64,000 nucleotides of DNA from Candidatus Eiseniibacteriota bacterium. GTDB taxonomy: Bacteria; Eisenbacteria; RBG-16-71-46; CAZAMP01. The notes under the pieces were generated by a model, which worked only from the letters and a program-made list of their open reading frames with translations, made no database searches and was not told where the DNA came from. Positions 33,245 to 42,569 of the stretch are shown in pieces. How positions within the stretch are numbered: the stretch's first letter is position 1; each line of letters opens with the position of its first letter. The stretch is from assembly GCA_965224245.1 (NCBI GenBank), contig OZ245046.1:576001-640000 (forward strand), written 5' to 3'. The translations under genes were made by a program, and so were the position numbers.

Positions 33245-35479
33245 ATGACGACCGTGGGAACGAATGTGCACCGCGCCGAAGGTCCGGCGAAGATCGCCGG
33301 CACCGCCCGCTACGTCGACGACATCGACGTCCCCGGCTGCCTGCATGGCGTGACGCTCCGAGCTTCCGTCCCGCGCGGCGTCATCGAGGCGATCGATCTG
33401 GACCCGGACTTCCCGTGGGACGAGTACGTGATCGTGCGCGCGTCGGACATCCCCGGCCGCAACGTGGTCGCGCTGATCCGGGATGATCAGCCGATCCTGG
33501 CCGACGGCGTCGTCAACCACGCGATGGAGCCCATCGCGCTCCTGGCCCACCCGGATCGTTCCCGGGCGTACGAGGCGCTCGAACACCTTCACGTGCGCTA
33601 CGCACCGCTCCCTCCGGTGCTGACGATCGACGAGTCGCTCGCCGCGCACGAGGTCATCCACGGCGACGACAACGTGATGACGACGCTCACGATCGAGAAG
33701 GGCGACGTCGCCGGCGGCCTGGCGAGCGCCCACGCGATCGTCGAGAGCGGCTACGCCGTGCCGCACCAGGAGCAGGTCTACATCGAGAACAACGGCATGA
33801 TCGCCCGGGTCGACGACGACGGTCGAATCGTGGTGACGGGGTCGATGCAATGCCCGTTCTACGTCTCGAAGGCGCTGGCCGTCGCCCTCGGCCGGAGCGA
33901 GGACGCCGTGCGCGTCGTGCAGGCGGTCACCGGCGGCGGCTTCGGGGGCAAGGAGGAGTACCCGAGCATCCTCGCGATTCACGCCGCACTCCTCACGCTG
34001 GCCGCGGGGCGACCGGTCAAGATGATCTACGACCGGCACGAGGACATGCTGGCGACCACGAAGCGACATCCGGCACGCGTCCGACATCGAACCGGCGTCG
34101 ATGCCGACGGCCGGCTCCTGGCCCAGGAGATCGACGTCGTCATGGACGCCGGGGCGTACGTGACGCTGTCCCCGGTCGTGCTCTCGCGCGGCATCCTGCA
34201 CGCGACGGGCCCCTATTCCTGTCCGAACGTACGCGTGACCGCACGGGCGGTCGCCACGAACACGCCTCCGAACGGCGCATTCCGGGGCTTCGGTGCTCCC
34301 CAGACCCTGTTCGCGGCCGAGCTCCAGTGGGAGCGGATCGCCGACGCCACCGGCATCGACGCGCTCACGCTCCGCCGGCGCAACCTCGTGCGGCCGGGCT
34401 CGGTGCTGTCCACCGGGCAGGTGCTCACCGAGTCGGTGGGGGCGTCGGAGGTGCTGGAACGCACCGTCGCCCATAGCGACTACGAGCGCCGTCGTCGCGA
34501 GCACGCCCGGTGGAATCGATCGCGCACGAACCCGACGTGGCGGGGCATCGGTCTCGCCGTCGTGCACCACGGATCGGGCTTCACCGGCAGCGGCGAGGTC
34601 ATGCTCGCCAGCCGCGCCGCGGTGACGGTGACCCGCGACGGTCGGGTTCGCGTGGATGCGGCATCCACGGAGATCGGGCAGGGCACGATCAGCCTGTTCC
34701 GGCAGATCGCGGCCGACGCGATGGAGATCCCGATCGAACGCGTGGAGGTCGCACGGCCCGATACGTCGGCCGTGCCCGACAGTGGGCCGACGGTGGCCAG
34801 TCGCACGTGCATGGTCGTGGGCGCGCTCGTCCGCGATGCGGCCCTCAAGGCCCGAGCGGCGCTGACACAGGCGGTCGGTGGCACGTTTCCGGACACTCCG
34901 GCCGCCTTCGCCGCCGCCGCGCGGCAGGTCACCGGCGACGCGCCGGAGCGCGCATTCACCAGCACCTACCAGAAGCCGGACGAGATCACCTGGGACGAGA
35001 CGACCTATCGCGGGGACGCTTACGCCGTCTACGGCTACGCGGCCGCGGCGGTGGATCTCGAGGTGGATCGACGGACGTACGAGGTCACCGTCCGTCACGT
35101 CACGACGGCGCACGACGTGGGGAAGGCCGTCAACCCGCTCTTCGTGGAGGGGCAGATCATCGGGGGCCTGACGCAGGGGCTCGGCTGGGCGCTCCTGGAG
35201 AACGCCGTCTACGAGGACGGCGCGCTCGCGAATGCCCAGCTCACGAACTACATCATCCCCACGGCGCCGGACACCCCGCCGATGACGGTGGACATCGTGG
35301 AGATGCCCTACTCGCGGGGTCCGTTCGGTGCCAAGGGGGTCGGCGAGATTCCGATGGACGTTCCCGCGCCGGCGGTCGCGGCCGCCGTGCGGCAGGCCAC
35401 GGGCGCGCTGTTCACCACGCTGCCCATCCTACCAGAGGTCATCGCGGATCGCCTGAACGGCTCCGGAGGCGTCGGATGA
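33245..35479 (+). CDS. xdhA: Xanthine dehydrogenase family molybdopterin-binding subunit
   Basis: HQEQVYIE, GGGFGGKEE, AFRGFGAPQ, EIGQG, TVASR, GAKGVGE. Confidence 0.9.
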   Translation: MTTVGTNVHRAEGPAKIAGTARYVDDIDVPGCLHGVTLRASVPRGVIEAIDLDPDFPWDEYVIVRASDIPGRNVVALIRDDQPILADGVVNHAMEPIALLAHPDRSRAYEALEHLHVRYAPLPPVLTIDESLAAHEVIHGDDNVMTTLTIEKGDVAGGLASAHAIVESGYAVPHQEQVYIENNGMIARVDDDGRIVVTGSMQCPFYVSKALAVALGRSEDAVRVVQAVTGGGFGGKEEYPSILAIHAALLTLAAGRPVKMIYDRHEDMLATTKRHPARVRHRTGVDADGRLLAQEIDVVMDAGAYVTLSPVVLSRGILHATGPYSCPNVRVTARAVATNTPPNGAFRGFGAPQTLFAAELQWERIADATGIDALTLRRRNLVRPGSVLSTGQVLTESVGASEVLERTVAHSDYERRRREHARWNRSRTNPTWRGIGLAVVHHGSGFTGSGEVMLASRAAVTVTRDGRVRVDAASTEIGQGTISLFRQIAADAMEIPIERVEVARPDTSAVPDSGPTVASRTCMVVGALVRDAALKARAALTQAVGGTFPDTPAAFAAAARQVTGDAPERAFTSTYQKPDEITWDETTYRGDAYAVYGYAAAAVDLEVDRRTYEVTVRHVTTAHDVGKAVNPLFVEGQIIGGLTQGLGWALLENAVYEDGALANAQLTNYIIPTAPDTPPMTVDIVEMPYSRGPFGAKGVGEIPMDVPAPAVAAAVRQATGALFTTLPILPEVIADRLNGSGGVG

Positions 35480-36027
35480 TCGCGTTCACGCTCAACGGCA
35501 CCTCTCGCCGTTTCGACGGTCACCCCTTCACGCGACTCATCGACGTGCTCCGCGAGACGTACGGTCTGACGGGCACCAAGGAGGGCTGCGGCGAAGGCGA
35601 GTGCGGCGCCTGCACGGTGCTCGTGAACGGACGGCCGGTGAACAGCTGTCTGATCCCGATCGGGCAGCTGGACGGCGCACGCATACGCACGATCGAGGGC
35701 ATCGCGAGTGCCTCACGACCCACCGCGCTTCAGAAGGCGTTTCTGGCCGAGGGGGCCGCGCAGTGCGGCATCTGCACGCCCGGGATGATGGTCGCGGCTC
35801 ACGCGTGGGTCGCATCGGGTGGCGGCCCGGATCCGGACGCGATCCGGCGTCAGATCGCCGGCAACCTGTGCCGCTGCACCGGCTACCAGCACATCGTCGA
35901 CGCGATCGCGCGCGCCGCCCGCGAGCGAGACGAGCGGGCACGTCGCCGGGCGAGCGCTCGGCGGAAGAGGGCGCGGACTGCCGCGGCGACGCGCCGCGGG
36001 GCCCGCCGATCGAGGCGGGCGTCGTGA
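35476..36027 (+). CDS. Xanthine dehydrogenase family (2Fe-2S) subunit with an Arg-rich tail
   Basis: GTKEGCGEGECGACTV, QCGICTPG, GNLCRCTGY; ATGA overlap. Confidence 0.92.
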   Translation: MIAFTLNGTSRRFDGHPFTRLIDVLRETYGLTGTKEGCGEGECGACTVLVNGRPVNSCLIPIGQLDGARIRTIEGIASASRPTALQKAFLAEGAAQCGICTPGMMVAAHAWVASGGGPDPDAIRRQIAGNLCRCTGYQHIVDAIARAARERDERARRRASARRKRARTAAATRRGARRSRRAS

Positions 36028-36881
36028 GGGGCATCGCCGAGAGCATGCGGATGGTTCGCGCGACCCGCGCCCGCGACGCGCTCGAGGCGATGGCCGCCGA
36101 GCCGTCGTCGTTGCCGATCGCCGGCGGCACCGATGTGATGGTCGGGTGGAACGCCGGACAGCTCAACGATCGCTCGGTGGTCGACATCTCCGGAGTGTCG
36201 GCGTGGAAGGGCATCCGCGAGACACCCACCGGGCTCGTGGTCGGCGCGCTGGCCACGTTCGCCGACCTCCAGGCGCACGAGACCCTCTCGAGGCGATTCC
36301 CGCTTCTCGTCGAGGCGAGCCGCTGGATTGGAGGCGCGCAGATCCAGAACCGGGGCACCCTGGGCGGGAACGTCGCGAACGCGTCGCCGGCGGGGGACTC
36401 GTTTCCGCCGCTGGCCGTCTACGACGCCCGCGTGCGCGTGCAGTCGGTGTCGGGACGGCGCGAGGTCCCGCTTCTCGACATCTTCGCCGGCGTCAAGCGC
36501 ACCACGCTCGCGCCCGGCGAGCTGATCACCGGGATCGAGCTGCCGTTTCTCCGTGCGCGACCCACGCGCCAGCTCGTGCGCAAGGTGGGCACGCGAGCCG
36601 CGCAGGCCATCTCGAAGACGATCGTCGCCGGTGCGCTCTGGCGCCGCCGCGACGGAGCGATCCGTGAGCTGCGGGTCGCACTCGGCAGCATGGCGCCGAC
36701 GGTCCGGCGGCTCCGTGCGACCGAGGCGTTCGTTCAGGGACGGAGGCCGACGCCGAAGGTCGTCCGTGAGGCGATCGCCCTGATCGAGGAGGACGTGTCA
36801 CCGATCGACGACCTCCGTTCCACGCGCGAGTATCGCCTCGTCGTGGCCCGGAACCTGATCGCGGGGCTCCTCAGGGACTGA
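36024..36881 (+). CDS. xdhB: Xanthine dehydrogenase family FAD-binding subunit
   Basis: IAGGTD, QIQNRGTLGGNVANASPAGD, SPIDDLRST..YR; GTGA overlap. Confidence 0.9.
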   Translation: MRGIAESMRMVRATRARDALEAMAAEPSSLPIAGGTDVMVGWNAGQLNDRSVVDISGVSAWKGIRETPTGLVVGALATFADLQAHETLSRRFPLLVEASRWIGGAQIQNRGTLGGNVANASPAGDSFPPLAVYDARVRVQSVSGRREVPLLDIFAGVKRTTLAPGELITGIELPFLRARPTRQLVRKVGTRAAQAISKTIVAGALWRRRDGAIRELRVALGSMAPTVRRLRATEAFVQGRRPTPKVVREAIALIEEDVSPIDDLRSTREYRLVVARNLIAGLLRD

Positions 36882-37440
36882 GGTTCCAGTTCTCGCCGAC
36901 GATCGGCATGTCGACGTCCACCCGGTACACGCGCCGTTCCCGGAGCCAGTGATCGAGGCGGTCGGCGTCGGGGTCCAGCCCTGCCAGCGCCCCGGCCACG
37001 CGCGGCGAGAGCAGGACCGGGTGACCGCCTCGACCCTCGAACACCGGCACGATCGCGTCGACGTCGCCGGCCGTCTCGCGCGCCTCGAGGAGTCGATCGA
37101 ACGGCGCGTCGTCCCAGAGTGGCATGTCGACGTGGTACACGAAGCTCCACACGTCGAGCGGCACGGCCGCGAGGAGCGCGATGAGCGATGCGAGCGGGGC
37201 CCGGTCCGGATCGACGGCGACCCAGGTGACGCCGGACGGCGACCCGCCGAGCGTCCGACATCGCTCGAGCCAGCCCGGCTGCACGGAGATCGCGGCCCGA
37301 AACGCCGCACGCGACGACAGGAACGTGACGTGGCGCTCGAGGAGCGATCGGCCATCGACCTCACGCCACGCCTTCGGACCGCCCGCGCGGCGGCCGTGCC
37401 CGGCCGCGAGGAGGTACACGCCGATCGGCGCCGCGCTCAC
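36871..37440 (-). CDS. MocA/MobA-like molybdenum cofactor nucleotidyltransferase
   Basis: LLAAGHGRRAGGPKA, VDMP, GHPV; GTG 37440 overlaps the xdhC stop. Confidence 0.82.
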   Translation of the reverse strand: MSAAPIGVYLLAAGHGRRAGGPKAWREVDGRSLLERHVTFLSSRAAFRAAISVQPGWLERCRTLGGSPSGVTWVAVDPDRAPLASLIALLAAVPLDVWSFVYHVDMPLWDDAPFDRLLEARETAGDVDAIVPVFEGRGGHPVLLSPRVAGALAGLDPDADRLDHWLRERRVYRVDVDMPIVGENWNLSP

Positions 37441-38372
37441 CGTCGATCCGATTCGGGGGCGCCGGTGGGTGAGTCGAGCTCGGGCGCCGTCGCGACGCCG
37501 CCGGCGTCCGATTTGCCGTCGGATGTGTGGCGTGCCCCGGCGGGATCCGCACGGACGAGGCCGTCGCGTGACGTCGCACGTGCGACCCGACCGAACGCCC
37601 ACACGTCGAGGAGCTCCGAGGCGATGGCGATCGCGATCGCCTTCGGCGACTTGCTGGGGACGGGACGCCCCATCGGGCAGTGCACGGTCTCGTCCCACGA
37701 ACGCGTGAGACGCTCGGCCATGACGGGGTCGGGGTCGGCGCCCAGCCGCGCCCGGAACACGCGGGCCTTGTGTCGCGATCCGATGACGCCCAGGTATCCG
37801 ACCGGCCGGTCGAGAAAGTGTCGGGCCAGCTCGAGATCGAGATCGTGGCTGTGCGTGAGGATGCAGACCGCGTCGCGCCGGTCCGGGCGAAGCTCGCGCG
37901 CGTACGACATGGGGTCGGCGCCGTGCACGCGGACGCCATTCGGCCACGATCGCTCGGTGGACCAGTTGGGTCGTGCGTCGATGACGTGCGGCTCGAGCGG
38001 CAGCCCGGCCAGCACCTGCATCAGCGCGCCGCCGACATGACCGCCGCCGAAGACGTGGACGCGGGCGGGACGCGGCACGTACTCGAAGAAGACCTCGGCG
38101 CGGCCACCGCAGCACTGCCGCATCTCCCGACACAGCACGTACTCCTCGACGTGGGCCGTCGGCTCGTCGGCCACGAAGAGCTCCAGCGCGTGGGCGAGGA
38201 CGCGCCGCTCGAACTCGCCGCCGCCCAGCGTACCGATCGCGCCGTCGCGGCTGACCCACATTCGCGCCCCGACCTCCTGAGGGTGATGGCCCGAGACGCG
38301 GATGATCGTGCACATGACGCCGGGGCGCGGAAGGTCGCGCCAGAAGTCACCCGCGGTCCTCGAATCCTGCAT
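37437..38372 (-). CDS. xdhC: XdhC/CoxI family xanthine dehydrogenase accessory (Moco insertion) protein
   Basis: GTLGGGEFE, CCGG, FGGGHVG, LTHSHDLD, YLGVIGSRHK, CPMG..KSPKAIAIAIA. Confidence 0.9.
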   Translation of the reverse strand: MQDSRTAGDFWRDLPRPGVMCTIIRVSGHHPQEVGARMWVSRDGAIGTLGGGEFERRVLAHALELFVADEPTAHVEEYVLCREMRQCCGGRAEVFFEYVPRPARVHVFGGGHVGGALMQVLAGLPLEPHVIDARPNWSTERSWPNGVRVHGADPMSYARELRPDRRDAVCILTHSHDLDLELARHFLDRPVGYLGVIGSRHKARVFRARLGADPDPVMAERLTRSWDETVHCPMGRPVPSKSPKAIAIAIASELLDVWAFGRVARATSRDGLVRADPAGARHTSDGKSDAGGVATAPELDSPTGAPESDRR

Positions 38373-38538
38373 GCCCTCGATCCTCCTCCTCGCGGCGACC
38401 CGCCGTGCACGGCGTGACGCGCGACGCCGTGGCGCGCACGATCGATCACGATCCGGCACGCGGCCGATACGCCCGGCGAGTATAACGCGCGACCGCGTGA
38501 TCGGGGACAACTCCTCGATGACCGTGTATAGTCGATCC

Positions 38539-38562
38539 ATGACTCGACGAGCTGCGACATGA
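38539..38562 (+). other. Candidate leaderless 7-codon mini-ORF (MTRRAAT*) coupled to the deaminase
   Basis: TATAGT (38527-38532) lies 6 nt before ATG 38539; the mini-ORF's TGA overlaps the deaminase ATG 38559 (ATGA). Confidence 0.35.
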
Positions 38563-39206
38563 CGCCGCCGTCAGGCGACGAAGGGGGGCGCGAGTCCGTC
38601 CCTGCTTCCGGAGCCGTGTCCTCGCGCTATCCGGGGCTGACGGTCCAGCTTCCCGGCTGGGTGGATGCCGTGGTCCCGGATCTGGACCACGTGTACCCGG
38701 GCGTCGAGGAGCGCATGGGGCTCGTGATCGAGCTCTCCCGCCTGAACGTCGAGCACGGCACCGGTGGTCCGTTCGGTGCCGCGATCTTCGACATGTCCAC
38801 GCGCACGTTGATCGCACCGGGCGTGAACGTCGTCCTGCGCACACACTGGTCGGGCGGACACGCCGAGATGGTCGCGTACGCCATCGCGCAGCAGGTGCTC
38901 GGCTCGCACGACCTCGGGGGGGAGGGGCTGCCGGCGGTCGAGATCGTCAGCAGCACCGAGCCCTGCTCGATGTGTCTGGGCGCCACGCCCTGGTCGGGCG
39001 TGCGCCGGCTGGTGTGCGGCGCGCGCGACGAGGACGCGCGGGCCGTCGGCTTCGACGAGGGACCCAAGCCGGGCGCATGGGTCGCCGAGCTCGAGGTGCG
39101 GGGCATCGAGGTCGTTCGGGACGTGCTCCGCGCTCGCGCCCGCGCGGTTCTGTCCGCGTATGTGTCCGCGGGCGGCCCGATCTACAACGGCCGGCATGGC
39201 GGCTGA
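38559..39206 (+). CDS. Nucleoside/guanine deaminase (cytidine-deaminase-like, Zn-dependent)
   Basis: GGPFGA, HAE, EPCSMC, GFDEG; adjacent to the purine catabolic island. Confidence 0.88.
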   Translation: MTPPSGDEGGRESVPASGAVSSRYPGLTVQLPGWVDAVVPDLDHVYPGVEERMGLVIELSRLNVEHGTGGPFGAAIFDMSTRTLIAPGVNVVLRTHWSGGHAEMVAYAIAQQVLGSHDLGGEGLPAVEIVSSTEPCSMCLGATPWSGVRRLVCGARDEDARAVGFDEGPKPGAWVAELEVRGIEVVRDVLRARARAVLSAYVSAGGPIYNGRHGG

Positions 39207-39278
39207 CGTCGGCGTGCCGGACCCCGGCTCCGGGCCCCACAGGATCACCCCCGGTCACCGGCCGGCGCTCGTCGACGC

Positions 39279-40658
39279 TCAGATCTGGGGCTCGTACCGC
39301 GCGGTGAAGTGCCGGAGGAACGGCGCCTGGTCGACGATCCGGTAGGCCGGCAACCGCTCCCGATCGCGATACACGTCGGTCACCACCTCGACCACGTAGT
39401 CCATGTGGCTCTGCGTGTACACGCGTCTCGGGATGGCCAGGCGCACCAGCTCCTGGGGTCCGGGGTGCTCCTCGCCGGTCTCCGGGTCGTGCCGCCCGAA
39501 CATCGCGGTCCCGATCTCGACCGCACGGAGCCCGCCCCGCACGTACAGCTCCACGCAGATCGAGATGCCCGGGAAGTCGGTCGGCGCCAGATGGGGTGCC
39601 ATGCGCGCCGCGTCGACGTAGATCGCGTGGCCGCCGGGCGGCTGGAGGATCGGGACGTCCTCGCGCGTCAGATGCTCGCCGAGGTAGCCGGTCGACGTGA
39701 TCCGGTAGTGGAGGTAGTCCTCGTGCACGACCTCCTCGAGCCCGATCGCGATCGCGTCCAGGTCGCGTCCAGCCAGTCCGCCGTAGGTCGGGAAGCCCTC
39801 GGTGAGGATCAGGAGATCGCGCTCCTGCTTGGCCACGTCAAGATCGCGCGTGGCCAGGAAGCCGCCGATGTTGGTCATGCCGTCCTTCTTGGCCGACATC
39901 GTGCATCCGTCGGCCAGGGCGCACATCTCGCGCACGATCTCGCTGACGGTTCGCTCCTCCTGACCCGGCTCACGATGCTTGATCAGGTACGCGTTCTCGG
40001 CGATGCGGCACGCATCGAGGTACAGCGGCCGTCCGTACTCCTTGCAGATCGCCGACACCTCGCGGAGGTTCGCGAGCGAGACCGGCTGCCCGCCGCCCGA
40101 GTTGTTGGTGACGGTCATCATCACCAGCGGGATGCGCTCGCGCCCGTGCTCCTCGAGCGTCCGGCGGAGCGCGGCGGTGTCCATGTTGCCCTTGAACGGC
40201 GCCGGCGTGGCCAGGTCGCGCGACTCCGCGCAGGGGAGATCCAGAGCAACGGCGCCGGTGTACTCGACGTTCGCGCGCGTGGTGTCGAAGTGCGTGTTGT
40301 TGGGGACGACGTCGCCCGGCTTGCACACCACCGAGAACAGGATGCGTTCGGCGGCCCGCCCCTGGTGCGTGGGTATGACGTACGGGAAGCCGGTGAAGTC
40401 GTGCACGGCCTTCTCGAAGCGGTAGAACGACGGGCTTCCCGCGTACGACTCGTCGCCGCGCATGATGGCGCTCCACTGGCCGGTGCTCATGGCGCCGGTC
40501 CCGCTGTCGGTCAGGAGATCGATCAGCACATCGTCCGAGTGAAGGCGAAACACGTTGAACCCGGCGGCGGCGATCTTCTCGCGGCGCTCAGCCGGGGTCG
40601 TCATCGTGAGCGGCTCCACCGTCTTGATGCGGAACGGCTCGATGATCGTCTTGTACAT
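39279..40658 (-). CDS. tnaA: Tryptophanase (beta-eliminating lyase)
   Basis: EPFRIK, DLLTDSGT, GDESYAG, THQGR, HFDTTR. MSAKKDG and LRHFTAR are tryptophanase-type; TPL has SGKKD and LRFF. Confidence 0.88.
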   Translation of the reverse strand: MYKTIIEPFRIKTVEPLTMTTPAERREKIAAAGFNVFRLHSDDVLIDLLTDSGTGAMSTGQWSAIMRGDESYAGSPSFYRFEKAVHDFTGFPYVIPTHQGRAAERILFSVVCKPGDVVPNNTHFDTTRANVEYTGAVALDLPCAESRDLATPAPFKGNMDTAALRRTLEEHGRERIPLVMMTVTNNSGGGQPVSLANLREVSAICKEYGRPLYLDACRIAENAYLIKHREPGQEERTVSEIVREMCALADGCTMSAKKDGMTNIGGFLATRDLDVAKQERDLLILTEGFPTYGGLAGRDLDAIAIGLEEVVHEDYLHYRITSTGYLGEHLTREDVPILQPPGGHAIYVDAARMAPHLAPTDFPGISICVELYVRGGLRAVEIGTAMFGRHDPETGEEHPGPQELVRLAIPRRVYTQSHMDYVVEVVTDVYRDRERLPAYRIVDQAPFLRHFTARYEPQI

Positions 40659-40973
40659 GGTCTTCCCCAGTTCGGTGGTCTCGGGGGCTACTGTCGGTTC
40701 ACGGCGGATGATCCTAACGCCGTCGGCCGGTGCACGGCATACGTGGAAGCCCCTACATGACGGAGGGACGACTCACGTGGTTCGTGATAGGATTCCGTTC
40801 GGTAGCCGCTCGAACTCGAGATCCTGTCCGCGCCCGTGAGGGCGCCGGAGCCACCGGAGGGTCGAGGACGGCCCGGCCGACGGCACGACCGCTGTCTGCG
40901 GCGATCAGCGCACGGTCCCGATCCGCGAGACGACTCGGGGCACGATCAAGTCGCTCTACACCGGCTGGGGTGA

Positions 40974-41507
40974 ATGGGGAATCAGCTGCGGGCGGTTCTG
41001 ACGTTCATCGTCCTGCTCTGGGTGATCGAGATCGTCGACCAGCTCACGGGCCGGTCGCTCGACGCGTGGGGGATCCGGCCTCGCACGCTCGAGGGTCTCC
41101 GGGGCATTCCGCTCGCTCCGTTCTTGCACGGCGGGTTCGGGCACCTCGTGGCGAACACGGGTCCGCTTCTCGTGCTCGGGCTCTTCGTCATCATGGCGGG
41201 CGTCGGCGAGTTCGTAGAGGCGACGGTGCTGATCGTGCTCCTGGGTGGGCTCGGCACGTGGCTCATCGGGCGCGGCGACGCCGTGCACATCGGGGCCAGC
41301 GGAGTCGTGTTCGGGTACGTCAGCTACCTCATCGTGCGGGGTATCCTCGTGCGGAGCTTCGCCGGCTTCACCATCGCGGTGATCGTGGCGGTGGTGTACG
41401 GCGGCCTCCTGTGGGGCGTTCTGCCCAGCCACCGCGGCGTCTCGTGGGAGGCGCACCTGTCCGGGCTCGTTGCCGGCGTGCTGGTCGCGTGGTTGAGACT
41501 GCGCTGA
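40974..41507 (+). CDS. Rhomboid family intramembrane serine protease
   Basis: PFLHGGFGHL..N, HIGASG (catalytic Ser), SWEAHL.G (catalytic His). Confidence 0.92.
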   Translation: MGNQLRAVLTFIVLLWVIEIVDQLTGRSLDAWGIRPRTLEGLRGIPLAPFLHGGFGHLVANTGPLLVLGLFVIMAGVGEFVEATVLIVLLGGLGTWLIGRGDAVHIGASGVVFGYVSYLIVRGILVRSFAGFTIAVIVAVVYGGLLWGVLPSHRGVSWEAHLSGLVAGVLVAWLRLR

Positions 41508-41539
41508 GCGAACACCGAGACCGAGAAGGGGGAATCGAG

Positions 41540-42172
41540 ATGCGTGCTTGGACTCTCGCCTTTGGCCTGGTCGTCCCCGTGGCCGCAACGGCACAGCTCT
41601 ACGACGGCGACGCGAATCTCAACGTCTTCCTGACCGTGCCGAGCTACGCCGGCTGCAGTGAGCCCGAGTTCGAGGCTATCGACGCCGGCTCGTGTGCCGA
41701 CCTCGTGAGCGAGCCGACCGGAGGCCCGGGCTTCCTGTGGTGCGTCGCCAGCCGTGAGGGTGGCTTTCCAGACGGCATCGGCGGCATCCAGTTCGGCGTC
41801 GAGCACGATCTCGGGGCCGGATTGCCGTGGTCGCTCTGCACCGGGGGCTCGGAGATTCCCGAGCCGGGCTGGCCGGATTCGGGCACGGGCAACGCGATCA
41901 CGTGGAGCGCGGGGTGCTATCACCCGATCGGATTCGCCGCACGCATCGGGTACCTGAGCCCCGAGCCGGACGACGTGGGCATCATCGAGCTGACTCCCGA
42001 TCCGCGCATCGCGCTCGCCGTCTATGCCGACTGCTCGGCCGTCCTCTACGAGATGTGCGAGGCGAACCTGGGCAGCGCGGAGCTCGCGGACGGCACGACG
42101 CCGGTGTGCGGGGAGAACTGCGAGATCCCGATCCGGGAGACGAGCTGGGGCGCGATCAAATCTCTCTTCTGA
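41540..42172 (+). CDS. Secreted Cys-rich protein with a C-terminal SWGxIKxLF motif
   Basis: Signal peptide MRAWTLAFGLVVPVAATA; ends PIRETSWGAIKSLF; AAGGGGG RBS. Confidence 0.75.
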   Translation: MRAWTLAFGLVVPVAATAQLYDGDANLNVFLTVPSYAGCSEPEFEAIDAGSCADLVSEPTGGPGFLWCVASREGGFPDGIGGIQFGVEHDLGAGLPWSLCTGGSEIPEPGWPDSGTGNAITWSAGCYHPIGFAARIGYLSPEPDDVGIIELTPDPRIALAVYADCSAVLYEMCEANLGSAELADGTTPVCGENCEIPIRETSWGAIKSLF

Positions 42173-42203
42173 CGTCCGGCGACCCATTTGGGGTTTCCGG
42201 GAC

Positions 42204-42232
42204 TTGACGCGCCGCCGGCGGCCGACTAGGTT
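42204..42232 (+). promoter_or_regulatory. Sigma70-type promoter of the micro-protein/lgt operon
   Basis: TTGACG-N17-TAGGTT. Confidence 0.6.
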
Positions 42233-42308
42233 CGCGAGCGTCCGAGCGAATTCGAACGGCAGTAGGCTCGTCCCGGCACGGACGCCGGGCCAGAACTCGG
42301 AGGCTTCG

Positions 42309-42560
42309 ATGCGACGTCGCATGGCGATCAGCTCGATGATTGGCGCGCTCATCGTGGGTATGGCCTCGATCGCGAGCGCGGACACGGCGCAGTCCTCGAG
42401 CTCGAGCTCGAGCAACAGCGCGGTGAAGAGTCAGGCGACCAGCCGGACCGCAGGAGAGTCCTGCTGCCGGACGTCGGGGTCGGACAAGCTCGCGGCGCTG
42501 AGCCTCCTGCCCATCGTCGTCGCCGGAGCCGCGCGCCGGCGGATGCGCGGCCGCGACTAG
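42309..42560 (+). CDS. 83-aa exported micro-protein: signal peptide, Ser-rich linker, Cys-Cys, hydrophobic helix, Arg cluster (CTERM-like)
   Basis: GGAGG RBS 5 nt upstream. MRRRMAISSMIGALIVGMASIASA|DTAQSSSSSSSNSAVKSQATSRTAGESCCRTSGSDKLAALSLLPIVVAGAARRRMRGRD. Confidence 0.7.
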   Translation: MRRRMAISSMIGALIVGMASIASADTAQSSSSSSSNSAVKSQATSRTAGESCCRTSGSDKLAALSLLPIVVAGAARRRMRGRD

Positions 42561-42569
42561 TCACCCACC

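Noticed and set aside
40659-40973. TnaC-like leader peptide or riboswitch upstream of tryptophanase
   Set aside because: I found no Trp-containing short ORF (only MPCTGRRR* and an ATG-TAG). Hairpins exist but match no riboswitch consensus I recognise.
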